A stretch of DNA of 64,000 nucleotides from Candidatus Heimdallarchaeota archaeon (lineage in GTDB: Archaea > Asgardarchaeota > Heimdallarchaeia > JABLTI01). The notes under the pieces are model-generated. The model had not been told where the DNA came from. It made no database searches and saw only the letters and a list, made by a program, of their open reading frames with translations. A program made the translations under genes and the position numbers. Below, in pieces: positions 40,417-51,190 of this stretch (its first letter is position 1; each line of letters opens with the position of its first letter). The stretch spans positions 44,002-108,001 of the forward strand of contig JABCTZ010000033.1 of NCBI GenBank assembly GCA_018238155.1, read 5' to 3'.

Positions 40417-40647
40417 ATACTAGAGTACTAGCTCTAGTTTCTTTACTTTTCATTTCGAGTATCTATTATTTGACTTTTTCTTAAAAATCATTTTTTTTCC
40501 ATAAATTTGGTTTGAAGATCTACAAAGTTAGTAGGAAATAAACGACCATATTTTCTTATTTATAAAAAGAAACTAGATATTGATGTGAAATTAATGATAG
40601 ATGATGAAAACTTCAAAGATTAACCATATGAATGAAAAATCAAAATA

Positions 40648-40911
40648 ATGAGTTTTAAAACTGAGAAAGAAATTAGCGATGGTCTAGAACAAATAAAATT
40701 TATTTGTAAAGATTATTGTGAAAAGTGCCCAAGCTATCATGGAATTGGGGAAACTGATCTTGCATTTTGTTCTATAGATAAGAGCTCATTGATCAAAGAA
40801 AAGAAATGATTTCTTTGTAAAGTGTGCCCTGTATACAAAATGATGAGTCTTCGATGGGAATATTTTTGCATAGAAGGAAATGCTATGGAATTATCAAATG
40901 CTGAAAAATAA
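40648..40911 (+). pseudogene. Cys-rich DUF2769-like protein with an in-frame TGA at 40807
   Basis: CEKCPSY...AFCSIDKS...KK*FLCKVCPVY...YFCIEG. Confidence 0.7.
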
Positions 40912-40977
40912 GAGAAGTAATTTATTAACCATTTTATTTATTATTATTTCCCGATTTTGTTAAAATGAAAAAGTTTA

Positions 40978-41667
40978 TTGCCATTTATTCATCTATTTAA
41001 TTGTGAAATTATAATACAAGTGGTTAAAATGAATAAAAAGATCTTAGTTCCTATTATAATTTCAATTATTAGTATTCTTCTTGTCTTCAACACTACTTGT
41101 GTAAATGGAGTGAATTTATCCTTAGTTGATGAAACACAAGATATTATTCATATGATTGATGGCGTAACTTCAGCAACTAACCAAGCTGTTCTTCCAGAAA
41201 TTGACATAGTTTCTTTGGAAATGAATGAAAGTACTGTTGCAGTAACATTTCTTGATACGCCTGTTCTCTCAATCAATAATTTCTATGATTTTATTGTTTA
41301 CTGGAATGGAGATCAAAATGGTAATTTTACAGATGGTCATTGGAATCAAGGAAATATTATTTCACAAACATATCTTGTAAATAGTACTGGTGATATAATC
41401 GTATCTACGAAAGCTAATGATTCTATAGCTATTATTGGATACACTTTATACTATCCAATTTTGAATGCTTCTCTAATTGTCACTGATTTGGATCCAATAA
41501 ATATGATTATGGATGCCCGTCAACGTGATGGTACTGGTCCAGATTTCTATCAAGACACCTTAGAATACAATACTGGTGAATCCGTTCCTGGTTTTACATT
41601 TGTTGCATCGATCATTGGAGTAGCAACTCTTGTTGTGACAGTTATATTCTCGAGGAAAAAGCACTAG
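40978..41667 (+). CDS. Secreted surface protein with a PGF-type C-terminal sorting signal (likely start 41029)
   Basis: Signal MNKKILVPIII...; C-terminus VPGF-TM-RKKH. Confidence 0.8.
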   Translation: MPFIHLFNCEIIIQVVKMNKKILVPIIISIISILLVFNTTCVNGVNLSLVDETQDIIHMIDGVTSATNQAVLPEIDIVSLEMNESTVAVTFLDTPVLSINNFYDFIVYWNGDQNGNFTDGHWNQGNIISQTYLVNSTGDIIVSTKANDSIAIIGYTLYYPILNASLIVTDLDPINMIMDARQRDGTGPDFYQDTLEYNTGESVPGFTFVASIIGVATLVVTVIFSRKKH

Positions 41668-41710
41668 TTGTTTATATTTTAAATAAAAATAAATTAAATG
41701 AGGATTTGAA

Positions 41711-42790
41711 ATGAATAAAGTTATTATTACAGGAAAAATAGACGATGGGGAAGATTTCAGCCAAGAAGTAGATACTAATGCTGAAGAACTCAGTTTATCA
41801 GGATACCAACTTATATCGGTCGACCTATCTCCACTTCAACAATGTACTGAGTTAAAGAGATTTTACATTTATTCTAACAAACTTACCACACTTGATCTTG
41901 CACCACTTCAAAATTGCAGGCAGCTCCAAACACTCGCTCTTGATTTTAATCAACTTACTTCAGTTGATTTGGTTCCACTACAAAATTGTCAACAACTAAA
42001 AAGACTTACTCTTGAAGAAAATCAACTCTCTTCGATAGATTTGACTCCTTTACAGAATTGTAAAAAGATGATATTTCTATCTCTTAGTGTCAATCAACTG
42101 ACAACAATCGACTTAGCTCCAATTCAAAAATCTAAACAGCTACAAAATCTGGAACTTAATTATAACCAGCTAACCTCAATTGACTTATCTCCCCTCCAAA
42201 ACTGTTTAAAACTTGAAGCGCTCTTCCTTCGCAACAATCAATTTACTACAATTGATCTTACACCACTGCAAAACTGTTCAAACCTAGAATGGCTATACCT
42301 TAATAGCAATAAGCTATCATCACTAGACTTGGAACCTCTAAAAGGATTAACGAAACTAAAATTACTTTTATTGTCATTCAACCGTCTTACATCACTCAAT
42401 TTGGGTCCGTTAAAAAATCACAAGCATTTGAAATATCTTGGCTTAGGTAATAATCAGTTATCTTCACTGGACATAGCACCTCTTCAAAGCTGTCAAAAAC
42501 TGGAAAGGCTCGAACTAATTTATAACAAGCTTAAATCATTAGATTTATCCCCATTCCAGGATTGTTTAGAATTAGAAGCAGCAATTTTAAGTGAAAACAT
42601 GATAAACTCCATTGATTTGGCACCACTCCAAAGTTGTTCCAAATTAAAAGAATTATACCTTGATGATTCTACGACCATTCTTTGGAACAAAGCTATTTTA
42701 GAGGTGGATTCGTTATCTAAAGGTTTAGAATTTTATCAAGCAAAAATACTCCAAGCACATCAACAGTATTTAGAAAGTCATAAAGATTAA
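41711..42790 (+). CDS. Leucine-rich repeat protein (22-aa repeats)
   Basis: About 13 repeats of NQLTSIDLxPLQNCxxLxxLxL. Confidence 0.92.
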   Translation: MNKVIITGKIDDGEDFSQEVDTNAEELSLSGYQLISVDLSPLQQCTELKRFYIYSNKLTTLDLAPLQNCRQLQTLALDFNQLTSVDLVPLQNCQQLKRLTLEENQLSSIDLTPLQNCKKMIFLSLSVNQLTTIDLAPIQKSKQLQNLELNYNQLTSIDLSPLQNCLKLEALFLRNNQFTTIDLTPLQNCSNLEWLYLNSNKLSSLDLEPLKGLTKLKLLLLSFNRLTSLNLGPLKNHKHLKYLGLGNNQLSSLDIAPLQSCQKLERLELIYNKLKSLDLSPFQDCLELEAAILSENMINSIDLAPLQSCSKLKELYLDDSTTILWNKAILEVDSLSKGLEFYQAKILQAHQQYLESHKD

Positions 42791-43100
42791 GCAACACAAT
42801 TTGAGTAAGCATTATTTTTGGAATTGATTTGCTATACATAAATTTTGTTCCAAAAATACTGAACCAATTTCTTAAAAAGTGATTGTATAATTCAATAGGT
42901 ACAATCAAATAGAAGAATACCTTGCTCAATAATGTAGTTGAACAAAATGAAAAACTTGAATTTTAATTGATTTTACTAACCTATTCTATATCATTGTTTG
43001 ATAAAAAATAGAAAAAAAGATAGCAATGAGTAGAAGAAAGTTACAATTTAGGTTATTATTTATAAGTTAGTTTTTAGTTAATAAATTTGAGGCTATAGTT

Positions 43101-43478
43101 TTGCATAAAGAAGAAGTAGATTTACTATTAAAAAGAAGCAGAAATTTTTTGGAAGGTTCTGAACAAAGGTTCAAAAAAGAAGATTGGGATCTTACTTGTT
43201 TCTTAGCTGAACAATCTGTTCAATTATATTTGAAAGCAATCATATTACTAGAAACAGGTCAAACACCAAGAACTCATTCAATAAGACAGTTACTTGCTCT
43301 ACTTGGGCAAATTATTGAGAAAGAAATACTCTTCGATAGAAAGAGTCTTTTTATGCTCGAAAGTGCTTATTTTAATGCAAGATATATCGCTGTGAGTTAT
43401 GATGAGGAACAAGCCAAAGATTCGTTAAAAATTGCCAAGGAAATAATTGCTTATGTCGAAAATATACGAAATCGGTAA
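43101..43478 (+). CDS. HEPN domain protein (TA module 2, paralog of 19028)
   Basis: Highly similar to 19028..19405. Confidence 0.88.
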   Translation: MHKEEVDLLLKRSRNFLEGSEQRFKKEDWDLTCFLAEQSVQLYLKAIILLETGQTPRTHSIRQLLALLGQIIEKEILFDRKSLFMLESAYFNARYIAVSYDEEQAKDSLKIAKEIIAYVENIRNR

Positions 43479-43797
43479 AGAACGATACAAGATTATAAAA
43501 AAATACAAACAATATCTTGAACCTATTAAACAAATATGTATCAAATTATTACCTGCAGTAAAAGTATTTCTTTTTGGCAGTGTCCTCAGAGGTGAGTTAG
43601 TTGCTGCTAGTGACATAGATATCTTGATATTAACTGAAAGAGAATTTAAAAACCAAAAGGAACGAGCTTTAATAATTATAGAAATTGAAGATAAGATAGG
43701 ATTACCCTTTGTCCATCCATTTGAATTTCATTTAATGTCAACAGAAGAATATAATAGATTTATTAGCACCACAAAAACTCAATTAGAAGAGATTTAG
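43447..43797 (+). CDS. MNT nucleotidyltransferase (TA module 2)
   Basis: LFGSVLRGELVAASDIDIL. Confidence 0.88.
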   Translation: MLMSKIYEIGKERYKIIKKYKQYLEPIKQICIKLLPAVKVFLFGSVLRGELVAASDIDILILTEREFKNQKERALIIIEIEDKIGLPFVHPFEFHLMSTEEYNRFISTTKTQLEEI

Positions 43798-44005
43798 CTA
43801 AAAAAAGAAATTAACCCAAAGCTTTCGTAGTCATAGCCTTTTCAAAATAACCAGCATTCTTAGTAAAAGCCTTTACTTTGAGAAATCATAAAGTCTAAAT
43901 TTCAATAACCTTCAATGATAGAAGTGTTATTTGACTATTTCATCTTGATTCGTATTTAGAAAAGATGTTGAATGATTATTCTTGATAGTACTTTGTGATA
44001 AAATT

Positions 44006-44212
44006 ATGCCAATTGTACATGTTCATCTCTGGAAAGGTTTTAGTGAAGAAAAAGTAAAACAGGTTATTGAAGGTATAACAGAAGTTTTTGTGGATATGGA
44101 AATACCTCAACAAACAGTGCATATTGTTGTTCATGAATCACCTAAATCTCATTGGGGTATAGATGAAAAACCGGCTACTGAATCACGAAAAAACACCAAA
44201 CCTCCACCTTAA
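44006..44212 (+). CDS. 4-oxalocrotonate tautomerase family protein
   Basis: Starts M-P-I-V-H-V (catalytic Pro1); VHIVVHE...HWG. Confidence 0.82.
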   Translation: MPIVHVHLWKGFSEEKVKQVIEGITEVFVDMEIPQQTVHIVVHESPKSHWGIDEKPATESRKNTKPPP

Positions 44213-44429
44213 ATACCATCAGTTCATATTTTTAGAAACTGAGCCTGAGAGATTTCACTTCGTTCATCTTCCTTTTCTTTATCATTAAAAGACATTAAAA
44301 AAATTCTCAGATGACATTTAACAGGAAATTATTCAGAGATTTATGGAGTAAGATACCACAAGTAATTTCTTTTAAACAAAAGGTTGCTCTTCTCTAAATA
44401 ATTTTAAAAATAATAATAAAAGAAAGAGA

Positions 44430-44760
44430 GAGCTAGCTCTTTCTTTTTCGTAATACCATTTGAAAGAAGATGTAAGACAACTATACAAATTTCGAAGCCA
44501 TAAGTAGGTGTAGCTACAAGAGTAAAGGGAACAGGTACTATTCAATTGTAAAGAATTGATCATTATTATTGTTTACAGTGATATTATGACTTAGAGAATT
44601 ATCTACTGCTTCAATATAATATTCAAAAAATCAGAAGGATTCAGTTTCAAAACTAGCAAAGCTTGGTAGATATTCGAAGTATATAAAATCATTGAACTGG
44701 TTTCCCAAGAACTACCATTGATTCGGTAGTAGAGTGTAACAGAAACATACTTACATTCAT
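44430..44760 (-). pseudogene. Decayed C-terminal part of a surface protein
   Basis: VTLYYRINGSSW...YQA and a TYGFEI-hydrophobic-basic tail in broken frames. Confidence 0.45.
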
Positions 44761-44828
44761 TTAAGCTCATATTTATATTAGGATTATTTGATTTTAAGCA
44801 ATTCTTCATTTATTTTAATAATTAATAA

Positions 44829-44873
44829 TTAGTCTATCCCCTTACAACATCTTTTCTGTTTTTGAAAACAAAC
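44829..44873 (-). pseudogene. PLD nuclease 3'-end fragment
   Basis: VCFQKQKRCCKGID* versus GCYQKQKGYCKGI*. Confidence 0.72.
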
Positions 44874-45012
44874 ATTGCTTTCACAGCTAGCTAGTATCCA
44901 CAGGAGTGGATAAATCAAGTTAGAGAAGTTTATTTTAACTGTTTTACAGTTTTTAAGGAGTCTTTTTTTCTTGTCTCTTATGTGTTTGGATAAATAAATA
45001 GAATTAAGGATT

Positions 45013-45420
45013 TTATTTTGAAACGTCGTTCCTTTTTTTCCAAATCTCTTGACCTTCATCTAGAATTGTTAAGATAAAGGGATCTTTCTCCACTTTTCTC
45101 TTTTTCAATTCTTCCTTAGTTAGAATTAGTGGTGACCATTCAAATTCCAACGACAAATCATACAACAAACTATAAATCTTTTCGAAATCATTTTTTGTCC
45201 GTTCAGTAACAACAATAAGTATATCCACATCACTACCAAAATGAGGTTTTTTTCTTGCATAGGAACCAAAAAGGAAAATGTTAGTTATAGTACCAACTGC
45301 TCCAGCTAGTTTTTCCCTTTGCTTATTCAATAGCTTCATCAGCTTTGTTTCTGATGGCGGGTATCTGATCTTTACAGAATTCGAGAATCTTTTTTCCATC
45401 TTCAATAGCCTTCTCAGCAT
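45013..45420 (-). CDS. MNT nucleotidyltransferase (TA module 3; likely start 45399)
   Basis: LFGSYARKKPHFGSDVDIL. Confidence 0.85.
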   Translation of the reverse strand: MLRRLLKMEKRFSNSVKIRYPPSETKLMKLLNKQREKLAGAVGTITNIFLFGSYARKKPHFGSDVDILIVVTERTKNDFEKIYSLLYDLSLEFEWSPLILTKEELKKRKVEKDPFILTILDEGQEIWKKRNDVSK

Positions 45421-45742
45421 CTTCTTTCAAGTAGAAATCTTCAGGTGTTCCAGCAGCAAAACCATTTGGATAACGGGAAGTAATATAATGCTTATCCAAA
45501 TTCTTTGCTGAAACAATTAATGCTTCAGGAACAGCCTTTTTCAGAGGTAATTTTTCTAATAATTTTAAAATAGAATGTCCCCATGGATCAGCTCCAAATT
45601 CATAAAAAACGGCTTTTACTGCTTTTTCTGCCGATTGTTGAGCTGCTAAGACTACCCATTCGAAATGTTCCAGCTTCAAACTTCCTTCAGCATGAGCTAA
45701 ATCTCTCATAGCTTGTCTTAACCAATCATCTGCTCTGGACAT
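45323..45742 (-). CDS. HEPN domain protein (TA module 3)
   Basis: AQQSAEKAVKA, WGHSI, LDKHYITSRYP. Confidence 0.9.
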   Translation of the reverse strand: MSRADDWLRQAMRDLAHAEGSLKLEHFEWVVLAAQQSAEKAVKAVFYEFGADPWGHSILKLLEKLPLKKAVPEALIVSAKNLDKHYITSRYPNGFAAGTPEDFYLKEDAEKAIEDGKKILEFCKDQIPAIRNKADEAIE

Positions 45743-45901
45743 ATCATTACTCTCTAATTATAATATCTTCATTGAGAAAATATAGACTTTTTGTAGACTT
45801 TAGCTTATAGTATTTAATAAGCTCTTTATTTTAGCTCATATTAACATTTGATTTATTTCTATTTAAGCAATAACAAAAATGGTGTTTCTTATTTCTTTTA
45901 A

Positions 45902-46183
45902 ATCAATTCCTTTTGTATTAAAAACAAATAATTCTTTCTTCTGAACTTGTGGAAGTGTTTCTATAAGCTCTCTTACTAGACTTGGAGCAAGACCTGCATA
46001 TACAGGATACACAAGGCAAATTATATCAAAATCAGTAATTATTTCTGGATCAACCCATTCTAAAGCAGCAAGAGTTATTTCTAAACTTGATATTTGACTT
46101 TATTTCAATAGATGATCTTTGAGATACTCGGAAATAAATTGGGTATTTCCAGTTCCACTGAAAAAAATGAAAAGCAACCTCAT
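45902..46183 (-). pseudogene. Flavodoxin-domain (EFR1-like) 5' fragment
   Basis: MRLLFIFFSGTGNTQFI...*...IICLVYPVYAGLAP...FVFNTKG. Confidence 0.8.
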
Positions 46184-46299
46184 AATTATAGATTATTATC
46201 TTTAATATTATGGATTCATTTTACTATCTAAATCATTTAATTATTCAAAATGCACCCTATAAAAGTAAGCAAAGTAATTCTCAAATCTATTACGGGCGT

Positions 46300-46491
46300 T
46301 CAGTAACGTCAAAAATAATTGACATTTAAGTTGATAATAATTATCTCATTAATAACGAAGATAGTAATGGCATTCAAATCTATGAACTAAATACAAGTTT
46401 TACTGTAGAAGTTCAAATTAAATTTAAGCTCTTAGCTATTTCATTTGTATTCTTATTTACTTTTTTTATCATTAAACGCAAAAAAAGATAA
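46300..46491 (+). pseudogene. C-terminal remnant of an LVIVD-type surface protein
   Basis: DI*VDNNYLI..DSNGIQIY...hydrophobic segment-KRKKR*. Confidence 0.55.
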
Positions 46492-46550
46492 TAATTTCAA
46501 TATTTTTTTAATAAAAGAATTAGAAGAGAGGAATTATTTTCTTTTTCTCT

Positions 46551-46910
46551 CTATTCTTTCCTTGCCAATTCCACTCGTTCTCTAGCCACTAATGTTTTCA
46601 AATAATCCATCGCACTTTGTAATCTTTGATCAAAAGGAAGCGTTTCATCAATAATTCTTTTTTGCATCATTGTTTGATATTTTCCTTCGGTTTTCTCTAT
46701 AAGAGTATTGTTTTCTGATTGAACCAATCGTATTTTTGGCTGACTCTGTATGTAAACAATTAATTCTAACCAATTTCCCGCTACAGAAGGATTAAGTCCA
46801 ATTTCCTTCAATCGACTTTTTGGAAACGGCTTATATTGTTGATCAATAAATTTGAAAATAGCTTCCACTCTTTCTCTTAGTGTTCTTCTTTGTGCAGATT
46901 CTTTTGACAT
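46551..46910 (-). CDS. Small putative DNA-binding (winged-HTH-like) protein
   Basis: PFPKSRLKEIGLNPSVAGNWLELI; divergent from the EutA-like gene. Confidence 0.55.
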   Translation of the reverse strand: MSKESAQRRTLRERVEAIFKFIDQQYKPFPKSRLKEIGLNPSVAGNWLELIVYIQSQPKIRLVQSENNTLIEKTEGKYQTMMQKRIIDETLPFDQRLQSAMDYLKTLVARERVELARKE

Positions 46911-46946
46911 GATAACAAAAGTATATTGCGCTTGTATTTAAACGTT

Positions 46947-46962
46947 GATACATTATTGTATC
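46947..46962. promoter_or_regulatory. Palindrome GATACA-N4-TGTATC in the divergent promoter
   Basis: Perfect 6-bp arms between the two divergent genes. Confidence 0.5.
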
Positions 46963-47011
46963 TTAGGACACATAAATACAGATTTAAATATGATAGAACG
47001 ATTAAGCAAGT

Positions 47012-49093
47012 ATGGACGATTTCGGTGATACAAATTTAGTGAAATTGAATACAGAGGAAATCAAATCCAATATGATATTTATAGTTGCAAGAGTGCTTGA
47101 TACAACCCATCCTGACGAAGCAACGAAAATGGCAAATGCTTTTTTAAAAGAATACAATAAGCGATTAGAAGAACATGTTAGCGAAGATAAAAACGATTTT
47201 GACAAACTTGTACGTATAATCAATGTGTTTAAGCCAACTCTAGAAACTATTTTAGAATCAGGAGCAGATTTCTATACAATTTGTGATATAGCGAGCATTT
47301 CTTTTGATGTCTTCCTCTCAAGTGCAAAAAGGCAAATGGCAGGAATTAGCCTAAAAAAGGTAAGTGATGGTCCTGTTTTACCTGGAAGTAGTTCTGAATC
47401 GGATATAAAATATTACTGCACAGTTTGTAAGGAATTTAGTGATATTCCAGATGTTGAAAAAACGAAAATTCTCAATAATGAAGATGAGGATCTAGCTTTA
47501 CCCAAACATTGTGACAGTGAAATGGTCATTCAAATAATCAACATCAAAAAAGTACATCAATTTGATAAGGAAACCCAAACTAGATTAAAACCACATGAAC
47601 GTGCTAGCTATTTAATGGGTGCTAGCGGATCAGGTGGTAGTAATGATTCTGAATACTTGAAAGTGACCAGTGTAGGTATTGATATTGGCTCCTCTACGTC
47701 TCATCTTGTTTTCTCAAAGCTGACACTTCGAAGGGAACATGGTTTCATTAACATGACAAACAGATTCAATCTTGTAAAGCGAGAAATAATCTATGAAAGC
47801 GAAATTATCTTAACACCTTTACTAGATCGATTTACGATTGATATAGATGCTGTTGTTAATTTTTGTAAAAAAGCATATGAGAAAGCAGGATTGAAACCTG
47901 ATGATATTGACACCGGTGCGGTGATTGTAACAGGAGAAACGGCAAAAAAACAAAACGCCGATGAAATCGTTGAACGTTTATCCTCTGAATCCGGAAAATT
48001 TGTTAGTGCTACAGCAGGACCCAATTTCGAATCCGTTCTTGGTGCAATGGGTAGTGGAATAGTTGATCAAACTGTTTTACAAGAAAAAACCATTATGAAC
48101 GTAGATATTGGCGGTGGAACAAGCAATATTGCCATTGCTACTAAAGGAGATATCCATAGTACTTCGTGTATTAATGTTGGAGGACGATTATTAGGAATTA
48201 AACCTGATAATGAAATTTGGCGTATAGATGAACCAACAGAATTTCTTATGAAAGAATTAGGAATGAAGTATACATTAGGCGATATTATTAGTGATATTGA
48301 TGTTAAAAAAATTGTAAATGAATATGCGAAAGCATTAGTAGAAGTTATGATAGGATCAGCAAAAAGTGCTATTGCTAAAGGAATTATGATGACTGATGAT
48401 TTGGATTTCTCAATGCCTATTGATAATTATTCATTCAGTGGTGGAGTTGCCGAGGTAATATACAATGAAAATGATATTGTAGAATACAATGACATTGGAG
48501 TCCTTCTCGCTAAAGAAATTAAACGATTGATGAAAAAAGAGGGATTAACACTAATTGAACCTGAGAATAAAATAAGAGCAACAGTCATTGGAGCAGGGGC
48601 ATTCTCCCTTTCGGTTTCCGGCTCTACTTGTTACTATGAAGAAAGTGTTATTTTACCAATTTTAAATGTTCCAGTCGTACCTGTGAACATTGAGCAATCT
48701 GAATTACACTTAATTGATAAAAAATTGAAAGAAGTCATAAATCTTGCATTAAATAACCTCGATTTAGTTGAGGGTGAAGATCGGTTTGTATTGTATTTCA
48801 AAACACCATTTATGAGAGCCCAAATAATGGAGAAATTTGCCAGTGCAATAGAAGATGCTTTACCAAATTCCGTAGCTAAGAAGAAGTTGATTCTCATCAT
48901 CCTTGCTTTTGATGGTGCAAAAGTCTTAGGAATAACAATCAGAGAAAATACAACAATTAAGAGTAATCTCTTTTGTCTTGATGAATTGGATCTTGAAGCG
49001 GGTGACTGGATAGATATTGGTGAATCCCTAAAAACTGGTGATGTGTTTCCAGTAACAGTCAAGAGTCTAGTATTTAGCAAAAACAAAAAATAA
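47012..49093 (+). CDS. eutA: EutA-family (ethanolamine ammonia-lyase reactivase-like) ATPase with an extra N-terminal helical and Zn-finger region
   Basis: SVGIDIGSSTS, GAVIVTGETA, ATAGPNFES, DIGGGTSN, IRATVIGAG, GDWIDIG, PVTVKSLVF. Confidence 0.82.
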   Translation: MDDFGDTNLVKLNTEEIKSNMIFIVARVLDTTHPDEATKMANAFLKEYNKRLEEHVSEDKNDFDKLVRIINVFKPTLETILESGADFYTICDIASISFDVFLSSAKRQMAGISLKKVSDGPVLPGSSSESDIKYYCTVCKEFSDIPDVEKTKILNNEDEDLALPKHCDSEMVIQIINIKKVHQFDKETQTRLKPHERASYLMGASGSGGSNDSEYLKVTSVGIDIGSSTSHLVFSKLTLRREHGFINMTNRFNLVKREIIYESEIILTPLLDRFTIDIDAVVNFCKKAYEKAGLKPDDIDTGAVIVTGETAKKQNADEIVERLSSESGKFVSATAGPNFESVLGAMGSGIVDQTVLQEKTIMNVDIGGGTSNIAIATKGDIHSTSCINVGGRLLGIKPDNEIWRIDEPTEFLMKELGMKYTLGDIISDIDVKKIVNEYAKALVEVMIGSAKSAIAKGIMMTDDLDFSMPIDNYSFSGGVAEVIYNENDIVEYNDIGVLLAKEIKRLMKKEGLTLIEPENKIRATVIGAGAFSLSVSGSTCYYEESVILPILNVPVVPVNIEQSELHLIDKKLKEVINLALNNLDLVEGEDRFVLYFKTPFMRAQIMEKFASAIEDALPNSVAKKKLILIILAFDGAKVLGITIRENTTIKSNLFCLDELDLEAGDWIDIGESLKTGDVFPVTVKSLVFSKNKK

Positions 49094-49141
49094 TATTTCA
49101 ACAACATTTGATAAATAAAAGAAAAGTGTCACAATTTAAAT

Positions 49142-49207
49142 AATAAGCATACAAGATTCTTTCTGTTTTTAACAACAGCTCTTATAACCATTCCCATACA
49201 AGATTTG
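49142..49207 (-). pseudogene. PLD nuclease 3'-end fragment
   Basis: QILYGNGYKSCC*KQKESCMLI is gap-free colinear with QIWNGNECKGCYQKQKGYCKGI. Confidence 0.75.
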
Positions 49208-49363
49208 GAGATAGTATTCTTATCAAAAAGAGCTTAAAATGTTATGAATCTATAAAGCACTTAATTTTGATAAGTTTAAATATAACTATTTACAATACTA
49301 TAAGTGGGAAATTAGTTTTAATAAAAATAGAAAAAGAATTAACTAGGAGAAATTGTTGAATAT

Positions 49364-51157
49364 ATGTCTTATACAGCTGTTTTATTTCTTGCAATCATTC
49401 CGTTTGTAATACTCTTTTGGAGTATTATCAGATTATTTATGCTGGATTGGGCTGGTATAGCTATTACTATTATAATTGGACTTGTATGTATAATGTTCTT
49501 AACGTGGGGTATTGTGTTCTGGAATCGTGTTACATACTTCGAAGTTTATCAATGGTTAATTGTAGCCGGACCTTTTGCACTCGCAATAAATTTTGGTGTT
49601 GAATTTTTATACCAAGTAAAAGAAAAGGATATTCCACCAGTAAAGTGGATATTAGGAATTTCAGTTATTGGTATTGTTTTATTTCAAGTAGCTGTGCTTC
49701 CATTCATAGCAACCATTCCGGTAACAATGGGTGAAGCACGATGGGTAGCAGAGGAAACAGAAACTCATTTTGATGTATTTCCATTTGTCAATGATCCTAT
49801 TGATTCTTCAATTAGAATGGTAACAAAGGAATATGCTCTGAAGAGAGCTTATCTTTTTGATGGACCCTTTGGTTCAAATGTCCAACAAGAAAGTGCTAAC
49901 ATTATCAGAGTGAATGGTACTCTGTATTGGTCTGTTACGTATAAGAGAGATAGATTACTTGGTTCTAATGGATTATTCCAAGAGAACCGTATTGTTGGAG
50001 CGATTTTAATCGATGTAAATGACCCTAATGCTCAAGCAATTATTATTGAAACAGAAAATCTGAACTATGCAAACAATTTGTGGTACAATCACAAAATTGA
50101 TACCGTAATGTACAGACGAGATCAGTCTTACAAGTACCAACGAAGTTATCTTACAATAAATGATTTTGGTCTTTGGGTTATCGTTGTAACAAAATGGACT
50201 CAATCAGGACCATTCAAACCAAGTATTTTTGGACCTGTTGTTATATTAGATGCTAGTAACGGTAAACTAATTAGAAGCTATGACGTGGATGATTTTGCTT
50301 CAACACCTTTATGGGTTACTCAAGTTTATCCTGAAGATTGGTTAGAAAAAGTAATTAATAATTGGGGCAGAAAAAGAGATTTACGTAATCCTACCGGTGT
50401 TGATTTTTGGGCTTCTTCAGTTATTCACGGAAGGTCTAATCACAGAATTAAAATGAGCGAAGATACTCGTTATATTATTAATCCAGATACAGGTGATTCT
50501 GTTGCTTATGTTGCTATGAACCTTAAAGGATTTTCAGGTTCTCTAAGTGGTATTTTCGTTGCCTCAAAAGGCAAATTTGATTATTATGACTTAGTAGATC
50601 AAGGATTTGTTTCAACAACTATTGCTTTACAAGCTTTAATGGGTAAATCTGATATTGTTGCGCGACCACATGGAAATTACAAATCAGCAATGCCAATTGC
50701 CTATGCATTGAACACAAGTACAGGATTACGATTAGTTTGGTATGTACCAATTTACTATAGCTATTCTGACACTTTAGAAGTTGCATATTTTGGTATTATT
50801 GATGCAAAAGATACAAGCAAATATGCTATTGTAAGTGCTGAAGGTAAAGATGGCGAACAAATGGTGTATGAAGCTAGAATAAAATATAAAACACTATTTG
50901 AGACACAATCAACAGAAACATATGAATATGCTCAAGTAACAAATATCAATTCTTATGTTATCGATGGAGAAACTATTTTCGTTTTGCAATTAAATGATTC
51001 AAGGATCATCAGGGCTTCAAAAGCTTTTCTAAACGAAACAGAATGGAATGAAATTGTTTTAACTTCAATCGGAGATACGATTAAATTCCAACAAATGATT
51101 GATGATGATGATATTATTTGGTTTATCACATTTGACAATCTTGATATTACAACATAA
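49364..51157 (+). CDS. Membrane-anchored protein (four N-terminal TMs plus a large soluble domain), function unknown
   Basis: 597-aa ORF with an AGGAG RBS and hydrophobic N-terminus. Confidence 0.75.
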   Translation: MSYTAVLFLAIIPFVILFWSIIRLFMLDWAGIAITIIIGLVCIMFLTWGIVFWNRVTYFEVYQWLIVAGPFALAINFGVEFLYQVKEKDIPPVKWILGISVIGIVLFQVAVLPFIATIPVTMGEARWVAEETETHFDVFPFVNDPIDSSIRMVTKEYALKRAYLFDGPFGSNVQQESANIIRVNGTLYWSVTYKRDRLLGSNGLFQENRIVGAILIDVNDPNAQAIIIETENLNYANNLWYNHKIDTVMYRRDQSYKYQRSYLTINDFGLWVIVVTKWTQSGPFKPSIFGPVVILDASNGKLIRSYDVDDFASTPLWVTQVYPEDWLEKVINNWGRKRDLRNPTGVDFWASSVIHGRSNHRIKMSEDTRYIINPDTGDSVAYVAMNLKGFSGSLSGIFVASKGKFDYYDLVDQGFVSTTIALQALMGKSDIVARPHGNYKSAMPIAYALNTSTGLRLVWYVPIYYSYSDTLEVAYFGIIDAKDTSKYAIVSAEGKDGEQMVYEARIKYKTLFETQSTETYEYAQVTNINSYVIDGETIFVLQLNDSRIIRASKAFLNETEWNEIVLTSIGDTIKFQQMIDDDDIIWFITFDNLDITT

Positions 51158-51190
51158 TTATGCGATTATTATTGCATAATTCTTTTTTTT
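51156..51190 (+). terminator. Hairpin plus T-run after the 49364 gene
   Basis: AATTATGC...GCATAATT followed by TCTTTTTTTT. Confidence 0.45.

Noticed and set aside
40807-40809. In-frame TGA in a Cys-rich DUF2769-like ORF as possible selenocysteine
   Set aside because: It aligns with the Gly of the G-C-x-C motif (GGA to TGA), and the adjacent Cys is also lost (Phe), so decay is more likely.
44829-45059. 76-aa ORF downstream of MNT as a real gene
   Set aside because: It is a chance read-through whose last codons are a PLD tail remnant.
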